The notes under the pieces were generated by a model. The model was not told where the DNA came from. It worked only from the letters and a program-made list of their open reading frames with translations, and did not search any database. From Selaginella moellendorffii (Eukaryota; Plantae; Lycopodiophyta), in contig NW_003314272.1 in NCBI RefSeq assembly GCF_000143415.4, positions 1,212,184-1,276,183 of the forward strand: a DNA stretch of 64,000 bases, in the 5' to 3' direction. The position numbers and the translations under genes are program-made. Positions within the stretch are counted from its first letter, which is position 1; every line of letters begins with the position of its first letter. Shown here piece after piece: positions 35,525-46,700 of the stretch.

Positions 35525-37735
35525 ATGCATCAATCCAAATGCCTGGAGCGCATGGAATCCTGCAAGAGCCTGGGCGAGGGCGAGGAGCTCCACGCCCAGA
35601 TCCTCGGCAACAAATTCCTCGCCGCGGATGCCTTCGTGGCCAACAAGCTGATCGAGATGTATGGGCGGCTCGGCAGCACCAGGAGGGCGCGGGAAGTGTT
35701 CGAGCGCATGGGCGAGGACAGGAACTCCTTCTCGTGGGTGATCATCCTCTCAGCATACTCCAAGACCGGGCAAGTGGAAGAGGCCAAGCAGCTGTTCGAT
35801 GCGATGCCGGATCGATGCCCAGTGTCGTGGAACGCGATGCTGGGCGTGTTTACGAAGAATGCTCGGCTTCGCGAGGCCAAGACGGTGTTCGATAGAATGC
35901 CGGAGTGGACGTATGTCTCGTGGACCGCCATCTTTTCAGCATATGCCAAGCATGGGCACTTTGCAGAAGCGAAAACGATCTTTGATGCTATGCCGCAGAG
36001 GAACATTGTTTCGTGGACTGCCATGCTAGCTGCGTATTGCCAATCTGGGCAGTTTTCCGAAGCACGAAAGTGTTTTGATCGCATGCCGGAGCACGATCTC
36101 TTCGTGTGGAACACAATGGTTACAGCACTTGCCGCTAACGGGCATCTTGCGAATGCCAAAGAGATCTTCTACGCCATGCCTGATCGCAACCTCGTCTCCT
36201 GGAACGCAGTCTTGACTGCGAGCGCGCACCACGGAGAGCTACGAGACTCCAAGTCTTTGTTCGACGCGATGCCCCAGCGCGATCTTGTCTCCTGGACCGC
36301 AATGCTCGCCATGTTTGCCCGTGCTGGGCATCTTGAGCAAGCACTAGTGATCTTCCACTCGATGCCGGCGAGGGACAGGATTGCGTGGAACGTGATGCTC
36401 TCGTCGGCCTCCAAGAACGGGGAGCTCGAGGAATCCAAGCGCTTGTTTGATTCCATGCCGCAGCGCGATCACGTCTCCTGGAACGCGATGCTCGGGGCCT
36501 ACGCTCACAATGGCCACTGGGACGAGGCCGTGGCGCTCTTCTCCGCCATGCCCGAATGGGATCTCATCTCCTCCACGGCCGTGCTCTGCGAGTATGCCCA
36601 TCGCGGCATGATCCATCACGCGAGGACGGTGTTTGATCGCATGCCCGAGCGCGATCTCACCTGCTGGAACGCGATGCTGGGCGCCTACGCCCAGAACGGC
36701 CACGCCCACGCCGCCAAGAGGCTCTTCCTTGATCTGCCCGAGTCGAACCTCGTCTCGTGCAACATCATGCTGGCGATGCACGCCGAGGAGGGCTCGGTGG
36801 ACGAGGCGAGGCGGATCTTTCACCGGATGCCGGAGCTCAATCTCGTGTCCGAGAACGCGATGCTCACCGCGCTCGGCGAGAGCGGCCACATCCTCGAGTC
36901 GCGGGTGATCTTTGAGGAGATGCCGCAGAGGAACAATGTGAGCTGGAATGCGATGCTGAGCACCTATGCCCGTAACGGGCATCTTGATGAGGCTTGGCAT
37001 ATCTTTGACTGGATGCCGGAACGTGATGTTATTTCCTGGAACTCAATCCTCTCAGCAAATTCCCAAAGCGGGCATCTTGAACAGACGAAGTTTTTGTTTG
37101 ATACAATGCCTGTGCAGGGCTTGGTTGCAGTAACCACCATGCTAACAAGTTACGGGCAAAGTGGTCGTGTCACGGCGTCCAAGAAAATATTTGATCAAAT
37201 GCCAGATAAAGATCCGATTGCCTGGAACGCCATGATTTCGGCTTATGCGCATAACGGGCATTTTCAAAACGCGCTGGATCTTTATGGTGCGATCAAGGTT
37301 GAAGAGGAGAGACCGGACGATCGTTGCTTCACCTTGGTTCTTCTCGTGTGTGGACGCACTGGAAAGGTTTGGGATGGCTTGCGTTGCTTCGCGGAGATGG
37401 TGGTCGATTATGGGATCGTTGCAAACAAGCTCCAGTACCGATGTATGATCGATCTCTTGAGCAGGGCCGGGCATCTGAGAGAGGCGGAGGAGCTTATTGC
37501 GAGCATGCCATTCGAGGCGGAGGTGATGGACTGGCGATGTTTGCTGGGTGCATCGACGAGCTACAGCAATTTGGAACATGGTGCCCACGCAGCTAAGGCT
37601 CTCTTGGGTGGCCAAAACGAAGATTCAGCCGCCTATGTCCTCCTTGCGAACATGTATGCGATGAAAAATGGAGTGCCCAGGAAAAGTATAAACATCTCAA
37701 AGAGGAGAAGAAGGTTGGCTGAGAGTTTGCGATGA
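35525..37735 (+). CDS. PLS-class PPR protein with E-type C-terminus, no DYW domain
   Basis: Many ~31-aa repeats (FDxMPxRDxVSWNAMLxAYAxxG), YRCMIDLLSRAGHL, WRCLLGA, AYVLLANMY. Confidence 0.93.
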   Translation: MHQSKCLERMESCKSLGEGEELHAQILGNKFLAADAFVANKLIEMYGRLGSTRRAREVFERMGEDRNSFSWVIILSAYSKTGQVEEAKQLFDAMPDRCPVSWNAMLGVFTKNARLREAKTVFDRMPEWTYVSWTAIFSAYAKHGHFAEAKTIFDAMPQRNIVSWTAMLAAYCQSGQFSEARKCFDRMPEHDLFVWNTMVTALAANGHLANAKEIFYAMPDRNLVSWNAVLTASAHHGELRDSKSLFDAMPQRDLVSWTAMLAMFARAGHLEQALVIFHSMPARDRIAWNVMLSSASKNGELEESKRLFDSMPQRDHVSWNAMLGAYAHNGHWDEAVALFSAMPEWDLISSTAVLCEYAHRGMIHHARTVFDRMPERDLTCWNAMLGAYAQNGHAHAAKRLFLDLPESNLVSCNIMLAMHAEEGSVDEARRIFHRMPELNLVSENAMLTALGESGHILESRVIFEEMPQRNNVSWNAMLSTYARNGHLDEAWHIFDWMPERDVISWNSILSANSQSGHLEQTKFLFDTMPVQGLVAVTTMLTSYGQSGRVTASKKIFDQMPDKDPIAWNAMISAYAHNGHFQNALDLYGAIKVEEERPDDRCFTLVLLVCGRTGKVWDGLRCFAEMVVDYGIVANKLQYRCMIDLLSRAGHLREAEELIASMPFEAEVMDWRCLLGASTSYSNLEHGAHAAKALLGGQNEDSAAYVLLANMYAMKNGVPRKSINISKRRRRLAESLR

Positions 37736-37839
37736 GATGATGGTTGCTCTGCCTCTAAGAACTGGATCGCCCTGCTGCTCCTGCCCCGACCTCGACTGTT
37801 CGAGGGTGAGATATCGCTCCAACTTGCTGATTCACAGGT

Positions 37840-38710
37840 ATGGGAAACGGAAACTTGGAGCTTGCACGCGAGGCTTTTGAGGCCATCAAGCATCCACCTT
37901 TTGGGAGCTTGCGGGAAGCAAGAGGGTTTGACAGGATGCCTTACAAAGACATTGTACAATCCTGCGTGGGAATTTCCGGCTCGGTAACCTTCGTGAAGCT
38001 ATGGTGGTGTTTCAAAAGATGCCGGAGAGGGACGTCGTTTCGTGGACTACTCCCCTTTTCGCAAATGGCCAAGAAGGGCATTTTTAATTTTCAACGGCCT
38101 TGTTTAATATGATGCCCGTACGTAGCGTCTGCAATACACTTTTACAAGCGTACACATTGTTCGGAAAACTGGAAGAGGCTCGCAATTTTTTTTTCTAAAT
38201 GCCTTACAGAGATGTTTCAACGTATGCTGTAGTGGGGCATTGTGCTGAGGCTCAAACATGCTTTTAATCTATCCCAGAGATGGACGTGGTTTCTTTCACG
38301 GCAATGATAAAGCCTTTGGCGAGGTTGGGGACTTGCAAGGAGCGCAAAAAGTATTCGATTCCTCTCCCGCGAAGACATCGTGTGCTGGAGCGCTATGGTA
38401 ACTAACGCGTATGCCCAGCGTGGGCATCCGGAAGATGCTAAGTGCCTGTTTGACAGGATGCCTGAATGGAACAGGGTGGCCTGGTCGGCCTTGATCTCGG
38501 TCTACGAGTTCCATCTCGAGGCAGCCATGCAGGTGTTCTTTGCGGTTTCCTGCAATGCAGTCTTGACCGTTTACTCCAAAAGCTGCCACCTTGAGGCAGC
38601 CATGCAGACGTTCGACGCAATAGCCTACCGTAATCTGGGATCCTGGAACTCACTGCTCGCAGCTTATGCCGATAACGGGAGTCTAACAAACTCAGCAAAG
38701 GTATTTGCAA
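37840..38710 (+). pseudogene. Fragmented PPR pseudogene
   Basis: PPR-like pieces (FDRMPYKDIV, KMPERDVVSWT, AKCLFDRMPEWNRVAWSALI, NLGSWNSLLAAYA) in changing frames with stops. Confidence 0.8.
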
Positions 38711-39525
38711 TGATCACCTGGGTATTTTGTTCGGTACCAGCTCTTCTTGTCCGCCTCAAGACAGTATAGCGTGGCGTCATCGACGGGCAGCCCCACCACA
38801 GCACCATCTTCCTCCGTCTTGACAACAATCCCACTCAGCCTCATGCTCCTTGAATCTGAATCCCATTCAACGATAATATCACCCATTTGGACACCAGCCA
38901 CTTCATATGGTAAGTAGTGCTCCTTGATGATTGCAGGGAGTTCAACTTCCCCAGCCCGCCGCACAAAAACCACCTCTTCATTTCGAGGCAGACCAATCTT
39001 AAGAGGCACCTTAGGAGGTAGTTCCAACTGAATCAGAAAAACACCCACTCAGGATGCATCGGGATATTGAAGCAGTAGCTTACCGGTTCGAAGAGCTCAA
39101 CAGCAGCCACCCAAGGCTTCCTGGGAAACAGGGAAACAACCTCACCTTTCACAGTCTGCCCATTGATCGTCACAGTAACTTCTTCACCTTCCTTCCACAC
39201 CATGGTCTCCTTGTAACCCACGACGTTGGCTGTGGGCTTAACACTAGAGTCGCAGGTGGAGTTCCGATGAAAAGAGCGACCCCTTTATTGCTACAGGTGC
39301 CCACAAACTGTAGCAGCTTCAAAGCGCCAGGAGGAGGCTTCATAGGAGGAGGATTCACAGGAGGAGGGTTTGCAGCCGTTGTCAGAGAGGTCTTTATAAG
39401 TGCCTTAATTTGCTAACTAAAGATGTTATTCTCAATCTATGTACCTCAAGTTTCCTTTGCATGTCATTTAGCTTCCTCTCGAGCTCTTCCCTCGCCTTTT
39501 CAATCTACGCTAATAGCCTCTCCAT
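38692..39525 (-). pseudogene. Decayed gene: coiled-coil + Pro-rich linker + probable inactive trypsin/HtrA-like fold
   Basis: MERLLA*IEKAREELERKLNDMQRKLE | QIKAL...NPPPVNPPPMKPPP...GVALFIG...LVLS/TANVVG...VTVTINGQTVKGEVV...SMRLSGIVVKTEEDGAVVGL across two frameshifts. Confidence 0.45.
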
Positions 39526-39975
39526 GACCAACTAACTTTAGGACACCTAAAGCATAAACTATCTTTAGTTTCAGCCGAGAACTCAAAGGTACTAGTTAAG
39601 GTATGTAGATTCACAGCAAGCGGATTAAAGTTTGGCAACTCGCACATGAACAGAAAAGATAGTGTTTGGCTTTTCAAAACCAAAGGATGGATGGGAGAAT
39701 GTTTAGAATGTTCAGCAGGAGTGGGATCCAAAGCCCTTAATCGAGCGTCACCTTTTTTGAGGCCAGTGGCTTCGTGTGGTCGATGGAGTACTCAACCTTG
39801 CCGGAAAATCAACTGATAGAAGAGGCCACCTTGTACCAAGTCTGGCGCTCGCACATGGCTTGAGGCTGTTGCTGCTAGTGTTGGTGGTGGATTGAGAGTT
39901 TGAGTTTGCTTCTTCTTGAGTGCCTCCAGTGCAAAACAATGGTGGAAATGGTGGATGTCTCATCTATGTGGTCAA

Positions 39976-41990
39976 TGTTACACTGGCAAGCCGTATGAAG
40001 TACGGACAGACACAAGTGCCAGCTAGGACGCCAGCGTTTTTGGTTTGACCAAAATCTCATGGATAGAAATTCATTCAATGGTCAAACACAACATGGTATT
40101 GGAGCAGATTTATGATCCTGGATGACAGAGCATAAGGCTTACAGGATTTTCAACCTAGTCTCAAGGAAGCTGATGATCTCCCGTGACGTTGAGAATGCCA
40201 CTCGTTCTCATCTAGTGGGAGATCTCTTCCCTCTTGCCCCGATTCTTCGAACTGAAGACTCTTCTTCAACCTTTGGTGGTAGTCTCTCCTATCTTACTGC
40301 AGCAAGTGGGAGCTTGCAGAGCAGATTTCCAGGTGGGAGATCTGCGCGTTCCGGTTTTGCCAAATTCGCCGCCCTATCTCACGGCTCCCCTGTTCGACCT
40401 CAACCGCCACTCAGGGATGACATATATTTCGATGGAGAACCAGCCGCAGCTGCCCAGCGCCCACCGGATTCTCCTTGAGGCCCTCAGGAGCAACCTGCAG
40501 TACCTCCGGATCAACCTCCCCGCAGGTCTTCCCAGTCAAATTTAGGTGTCCCTTTGCAGCGGCTGATCGAGACAATGCTCTCGGTCGTTCAAGACATTCC
40601 TGAAGGCTTGGTTGAGACATTGCTTGCTCGAGTGGACATTCCGGAATTCCTCACACCTACGTCGATGCTCTTGCCTCTCCTAACAGAGACAAATGGGTTG
40701 CAGCCTTTGTTGAGGAGTATAACTCCTTTCTCAAGAACAACACTTTCTCTTTGGTGGAAAGAGCTCCTGCCGGGCGTAAACTAGTGAAATCCATGTGGAT
40801 TCCTAGTATCAAGCTCAGCCCAGACCACACCATTTCTCGCCACAAGGCTCGCTTGGTGGCAAAAGGCTACTCTCAAGTGGCTGGTGTGGATTACATTGAG
40901 ACGTTTGCCCCGGTGGTCAAGCTGACTACCATTCGCACCTTGCTCGCTTTAGCAGCTGTGCACACCAGATGGATGTTAGATGGCTTTCCTGAATGGAGAG
41001 CTTGATGAGGCTACAAGGTCCCAGGAGACATTCTCTTGAAGGACCTTGGTGAAGCTTGTTACTGCCTTGGCATCCAGATTGATCACAAACAAGATGGCTC
41101 CCTCTTTCTGCATCAAAGAAGATGTCCTGCAATGATTTGCCATGGACTCTTGTGCGCCTGCACCCATGCCAATGGTTGCTGGCTTAAGACTTCAAGACTT
41201 TCCAAGGATACGTCTCCTTCTACAGATTTGGATAGTAGGAAAATGGCAAACGTTCCTTACTGACGTGCTGTGGGAAGCTTGATGTACCTGGTAGTGTGCA
41301 CACGACCAGACATTGCCTTCTCAGTGAACATGGTAAGCAGGTTTCTCGACAATCCAGGCCTTACACATTGGCAAGCAGTAAAAAGAATTTTTAGGTACTT
41401 ACAAGCTACCACTTCGTTTGGTCTACTTTACATGCCAAAAGTCACAAGGCTACTGTGATTCACAGACAGGCTATTTTTTTAGCTTGCAACAAGCAGCTCT
41501 TTCTTGGAGCAACAAGAAACAGAGTGTTGTGACCTGCTCTAGTTGCAAAGCTGAGTATATGGCCACTAGTGCTACTTGCAGGCTTTGACGTCTTCTAACA
41601 GACTGGGAACACTCTCTTCCAGGTTCAACAGCGATCTATTGCGACAATCAAGGCTGCAGTGCCTTAAGCAAGAATCGCAAGATCAATTCAAGAATGAAGC
41701 ACATGGACACAATACACCATTTTTTTCGCAAGATGGAATTGTTGAGCTTGTGTATTGTCCTACTCAGGACATGCCTGCTGACGTTCTGACCAAGGCACTC
41801 TCCCAACTGAAATTTTCTCAGTTTTGGGCTGCACTTGGCATCTGCCCGAGTGGGAGTGTTACGGTGGCAAGCCATACAACATATGGACAGCCACCAGTGC
41901 CAGCTAGGACGTCAAGAGATGCATCGTTTTTTGGTTGTACATTGACCAAAATCTCATGGATAAAAATTCATTTGATGGTCAAACACAACA
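39976..41990 (+). mobile_element. Internally deleted Ty1/copia LTR retrotransposon (LTRs 39976-40093 and 41857-41990, TSD GTCAA)
   Basis: Both LTRs TGTTAC...CAACA; PBS TGGTATTGGAGC; PPT GAGTGGGAG; GTCAA on both flanks; pol remnants KAYRIFN..ISRDV, KARLVAKGYSQ, MKDLG, GSLMYLVVCTRPDIAFSV, AEYMA, ADVLTKAL. Confidence 0.92.
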
Positions 41991-42007
41991 GTCAAGATAT
42001 CACCATA

Positions 42008-42048
42008 ACCAAGGTAGCTCAATGGTAGAGCATTGTTCAATCCCTGGT
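42008..42048 (+). pseudogene. tRNA-derived fragment (D-arm/A box and T-arm/B box, anticodon arm absent)
   Basis: GGTAGCTCAATGGTAGAGCA directly followed by GTTCAATCCCTGGT. Confidence 0.45.
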
Positions 42049-42389
42049 CAATTTCCAATAGTGGGCAGTGCCTCTTGCAATGATTTCAATCTCTTGCTTG
42101 GGCTTGAATTCAGCTTACCTATCCTTGCTTTTGAGTAGCACTTTACTACACAACCTTGCAAATGCCCAGGTTACACATCTTGTTATTGTCCAGTTCTATG
42201 GATAAAGCTTTCCTGCCAATGATCCACAGCTTATGATTAATGAGTGAGCAATGTGTAGACTGCATCTACTACAATGTAATTGGGTTGATGTTGATTCCCA
42301 TGCTGCAAACACTTTGCAGTTTTGCATTCATTTGTCTCAAAGAGTCAGTTTTAGATTTTAGGCAAACAAGGGACTTGATTTTAGATCTC

Positions 42390-43560
42390 CTTGTAGATCT
42401 TCTGTTGAGATTATCTCCTACTTAACTATGTTTGCATCTTTAGTTTTTTTGCTCTTTTGTTCCCTCTTTCATTGTTGGTAGGTTGACACAAATTAGTGCA
42501 CCAGCTCCAAGCATATCATACTTCAGCTAGTTGCTACACTTCATTTGGATCCTTGTAATTGATTCTTCTTGTAAAGCCATCCTCGGCATTGAAGGCTCTC
42601 AAACTAATCTTTGGCGAGAGCTGACATTCATAAGAATTGTCAATCCCTAAGCCATACATCAGTCTAGCCTACCATAACTTTAGCTGATCATGTGTATCTA
42701 GAGAGTGGAATTCTTAGCAATGCTAGCTATAGCAAGCTGTTGGATTTGAAAAAGACCATGTTGATGGAACACAACAGTATAACCAATGGTTATTCAAAAG
42801 AGCTATGGAATTTGAATTGCTTGAAAAGCTATGCACCCTTGAGCACAACTTCTTTGATGTCTAGAAGACCTATTGATGGTATGTGAGTAGTCCTTATCAA
42901 GAATAAGATATATAGTGCTTCAAATTCTAGTAATCATATCCAGAGTAAATGGCAAGAAATGATTCATCTATTACTGCTTATAGCAATAGTGAATCTGGGA
43001 TTATTTCAACATACTAATGGCCTAACATAAGGATATGGGTACTTTAACTTAAGTTTAACTCAAGCCGAATGTAAAACATGTTTAATGAGAGGCTAAACAA
43101 CATCTATTTAGCTATGCCTGACCTACCCACTATCTTTATTATACATTTGAAACCCCCTTTATAAACATTTGTCTCAAATAGCCAAGTTTAAATTTCAGGC
43201 AAATGAAAGACTTGATTTTCTCCTTATAGATCTTCTATAAGTAATTGAGATTATCTCCTATTTAACTATATTTGCATCTCTCATTTTTTTTCTCTTTTGT
43301 TCCCTCCATTATTGGCAGATTAATATGAATTTCATTGTTGTGTTCTCTCATACACTTTTCTTCAAGTGTATCATACTTTAGCCACTTGCTACACTTCCTT
43401 TTAATCCTTGCAATTGATTCTTCTTGCAAAGCCACCCTTGGCATTGAAGGCTCTCAAGCTGATCTCTAGCTAAAGTTGGCGCTCATAAGGATTGTCAATC
43501 CCCAAACCATATATAAATTTGGCCTACCACATTGAAAACAACTTTAGTTGATAGCTGATA
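42390..43560. repeat. Diverged ~300-bp direct repeat (approx. 42390-42690 and 43222-43560), origin unknown
   Basis: Shared blocks ttgagattatctccta, ctcttttgttccctc, gattcttcttg.aaagcca, ggcattgaaggctctcaa, attgtcaatccc. Confidence 0.75.
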
Positions 43561-43713
43561 GTTATTTCTTGGAGTAGTAAGACATAAAGTGTGATTGCCT
43601 CTTCAAGCTATAAAACAAAGTATATTATTTTTTATGAGACTAATTTTAAGATGGGGTAATTAGCTACTATCCCATATAGGACATGCTCATATATTCACTT
43701 TTAAAACTATTAT

Positions 43714-46700
43714 TGTAGCACATGTGGTTTTTACCCTTTATCCTATGGTGATTTACTATAGGATAACCATGAAGCGGAACCTAAACTCTCTTTGTGCCAC
43801 ATGACAAATGCCACGTGTCTAAAGGACAGTGGTGTGGAACTCGAGTTTTAGGGCCTTGGGCCACTGAACAAAAGAACAGTGCCAAACTCCCAAGCATGGA
43901 GCCAAGGAGTGATAGAATCGAACCACGGAGCAACTCCTAAGCATATAGCCCAAGGAGCGAAGGGATAGAGGTACAGAGCGACTTGGAATAGTCCTAAAGT
44001 AATCAATATCCCAATGCCAGGACCAGCACGCAAAACAGAGCCAAATGGAGTCTTGCGCTATTTCAGCATACTGGTGGCCTAACGTGAGGACATGGGTACT
44101 CCACCAGCTAGCATGGAATGGAACTTGGGCTTAGACCCAAGCCGAACGTAGAACAAGGATAGGCACGCAAGCAAGGGTTAAACTATGCCTCAAGTTGGTT
44201 AGCCATGCCCAACTAAGCCTCCCTTAGTATCAAGAGTTAGTCTCTGGGACAAACTCGAAACTTATTAAATATAGAATGGCACTAGATTGCGAATTTGGAC
44301 ACAAGACGAACACCATTGTGTTCAGGCCAATCTTTACATTCCGTAGATATGCCAAATGAGCAAATCTAAACACTTTCCATAAATAGCATTTGGGACCGAA
44401 ATGAGACTAACACAAAGGGCATGATAGTGAGGGTGTTTGGCAGACACGGTAAGCTATCATCTAGCGATATTAAAGGATCAAGCTTAATATCGTAGGTTCC
44501 TAACACTAGCAAGTGCAAGTCAATGAATGAGTTTCTCTAACTAGGTCAAGTATGCTTGACTAAATAGACACTTAGGAATTCCTTCCTTATGCTCATCTAG
44601 TCAAGTCCACATACGAAGACTAATTTCTCAACTAGCTTAGGCAGAGACTGATAATAAGTCTAGCAATACAAACCTCCTGCCATCGTGGCAGTAAGGAAAG
44701 AGTGTCCGTAAAGACTGATTGACAGGTAACTTTTGATACCCGAAGTCACATTCGTGACACTCTTCCCCCCTAGGGAAGATCGACGTCCTCGTCGATGCAT
44801 ACTCGAGTCTAGAATACCGCCAAGGAAACAACTCTAGAAAAAGTTCACGGTATTCACACTATGTGAGAAATGCACCAACTTAAATGAGTTAAGGGTAACC
44901 TCTTTGTCTAACGCAGATGCGCTACCAACTCAGACACCTTCCGTCCGTCACCGACAAGGAAATGACCAATGAAGTGAGCCATCTTTGCTGCTCTGGGTGT
45001 CACCCAACTACAAAAGTGTGATACGCCCTTGCTTGTAAGGACATAGAGGGAGGAGTTAGAGGCCCCAACCCTCCTGAGCAAAGAAACCAAACCCGTCGGT
45101 AAGGTTTATATAGACTACTGTAAACAGGTAGTTAGAGTTGTTTACACGGTCACGCCCTTTTAACAGAATAAGGATCATTGACAGAGAGGTGGGTTATGTG
45201 ACCAGTCGACAGTAACTACCCCATGACTAGAGATTTCACCATGCACATGAAGTGCCGAAGTTAGCCTACCTATACTAACCCAAACTCAAAGATCAATATA
45301 TGGACAATATCAAAGTCATAAACAATGATATCTTAGAAATTTGATTATTAGTGAATAAAGCTTAGATTAGAACACAAAAGTATTCCAAGTAAGTTATTAT
45401 CTGATAAACTAGTATTACAGTATAGGAACCACCAAGATCAGCAGAATTGGAAAACATAAGATGTATTATCCAACAAAATTCAATAACAAGTATATCATTA
45501 AGGAAACTCAATGATGAAACTTAACTATCAAAGATTGCAAATAGAATGCCAAACAACTTACGAAAGAGAACTCAAAGTACACAAAGTATTATCGACTGGC
45601 AAGCAAAATGCTCGTGAATGTGTCACCCGAAGGAAATAACATCATATCTATTAGAACTATAACAGAATAGAATGAAAGTTGTAAAGCAAACAAACACTCA
45701 TTCATGCCAACTATTTGCACCAGTCAATCGAAATAGATCCCGGTTAACAACACCAAGGAACTAGAGTTGCTTTAGCAAGTGTCAGCAATATTTTACTGAT
45801 GGCTCAAACCCAACAGACCAATCTAGAGCAAACCACAAAGAACATGTGGTATTGCAAAAAGCCAAAAGCTATCAAAGAGAATAACTCTTTAGCATTGAAG
45901 CTAGTTCGTGTGAAACTTATGATCATTGTTAGGCAAGACTTAACTATAGGCTTCTTCGAACTTTTGGTTCCTTGAGTTTTGCACTCATTGTTTCATTCGT
46001 TAGAAGTTGTTGGGGAAGGCATTTTAGCTCCTAGCTTCGATGTTAAAGTTAGTATTTGCATCTGGCAATCATTGGTGATTATTGACTATCATCTAGGAAA
46101 GTTGATTATTCTTATCAAAAAGTTTTGCTTGATTATTGTTGATGTACAATGATTTGCTATTCTTTAGGATAGTAGATTCTTTCTTCAACGATGATTGTGC
46201 ATCTCTCTGTTTGATAGGATGATTGATGATTTTTCATGATGGTTAAGAAAATCATGGTACAACCCATAATATCCTCCTTAACACATCCATAAGCTAAACT
46301 TCATAATACCAAAGCTAATGAAGAGCATGTTTGCATCAATCTAAAAGCTTAGTATAACAAAGTTATACTTAACAAGTGATCATTAAACGATCCTCCATGA
46401 ATCCATCTATAGCAAGATGTAACTTACTTCATAACAAACACAAGAAGAATCATCAACGATCAATATATCCCAAACTCAAATCTAATAAGGACTCAAACAT
46501 TTTAATATCGAACACTAATTCTTCCTCTTGTAAAGCTAGTATAGTCTATGGCTAAATCATTTTTCAAAGAAAAGCTGAAGCTCTACCTTTACTAAATAAT
46601 CTTGTGTAGAACACAACTAACTCAAACTTACCACTCAGTTCATTTGAACGTCAATATAGTTGCTAACTAGCAAATGTGCAAATGTTAATAACACAAAGCT

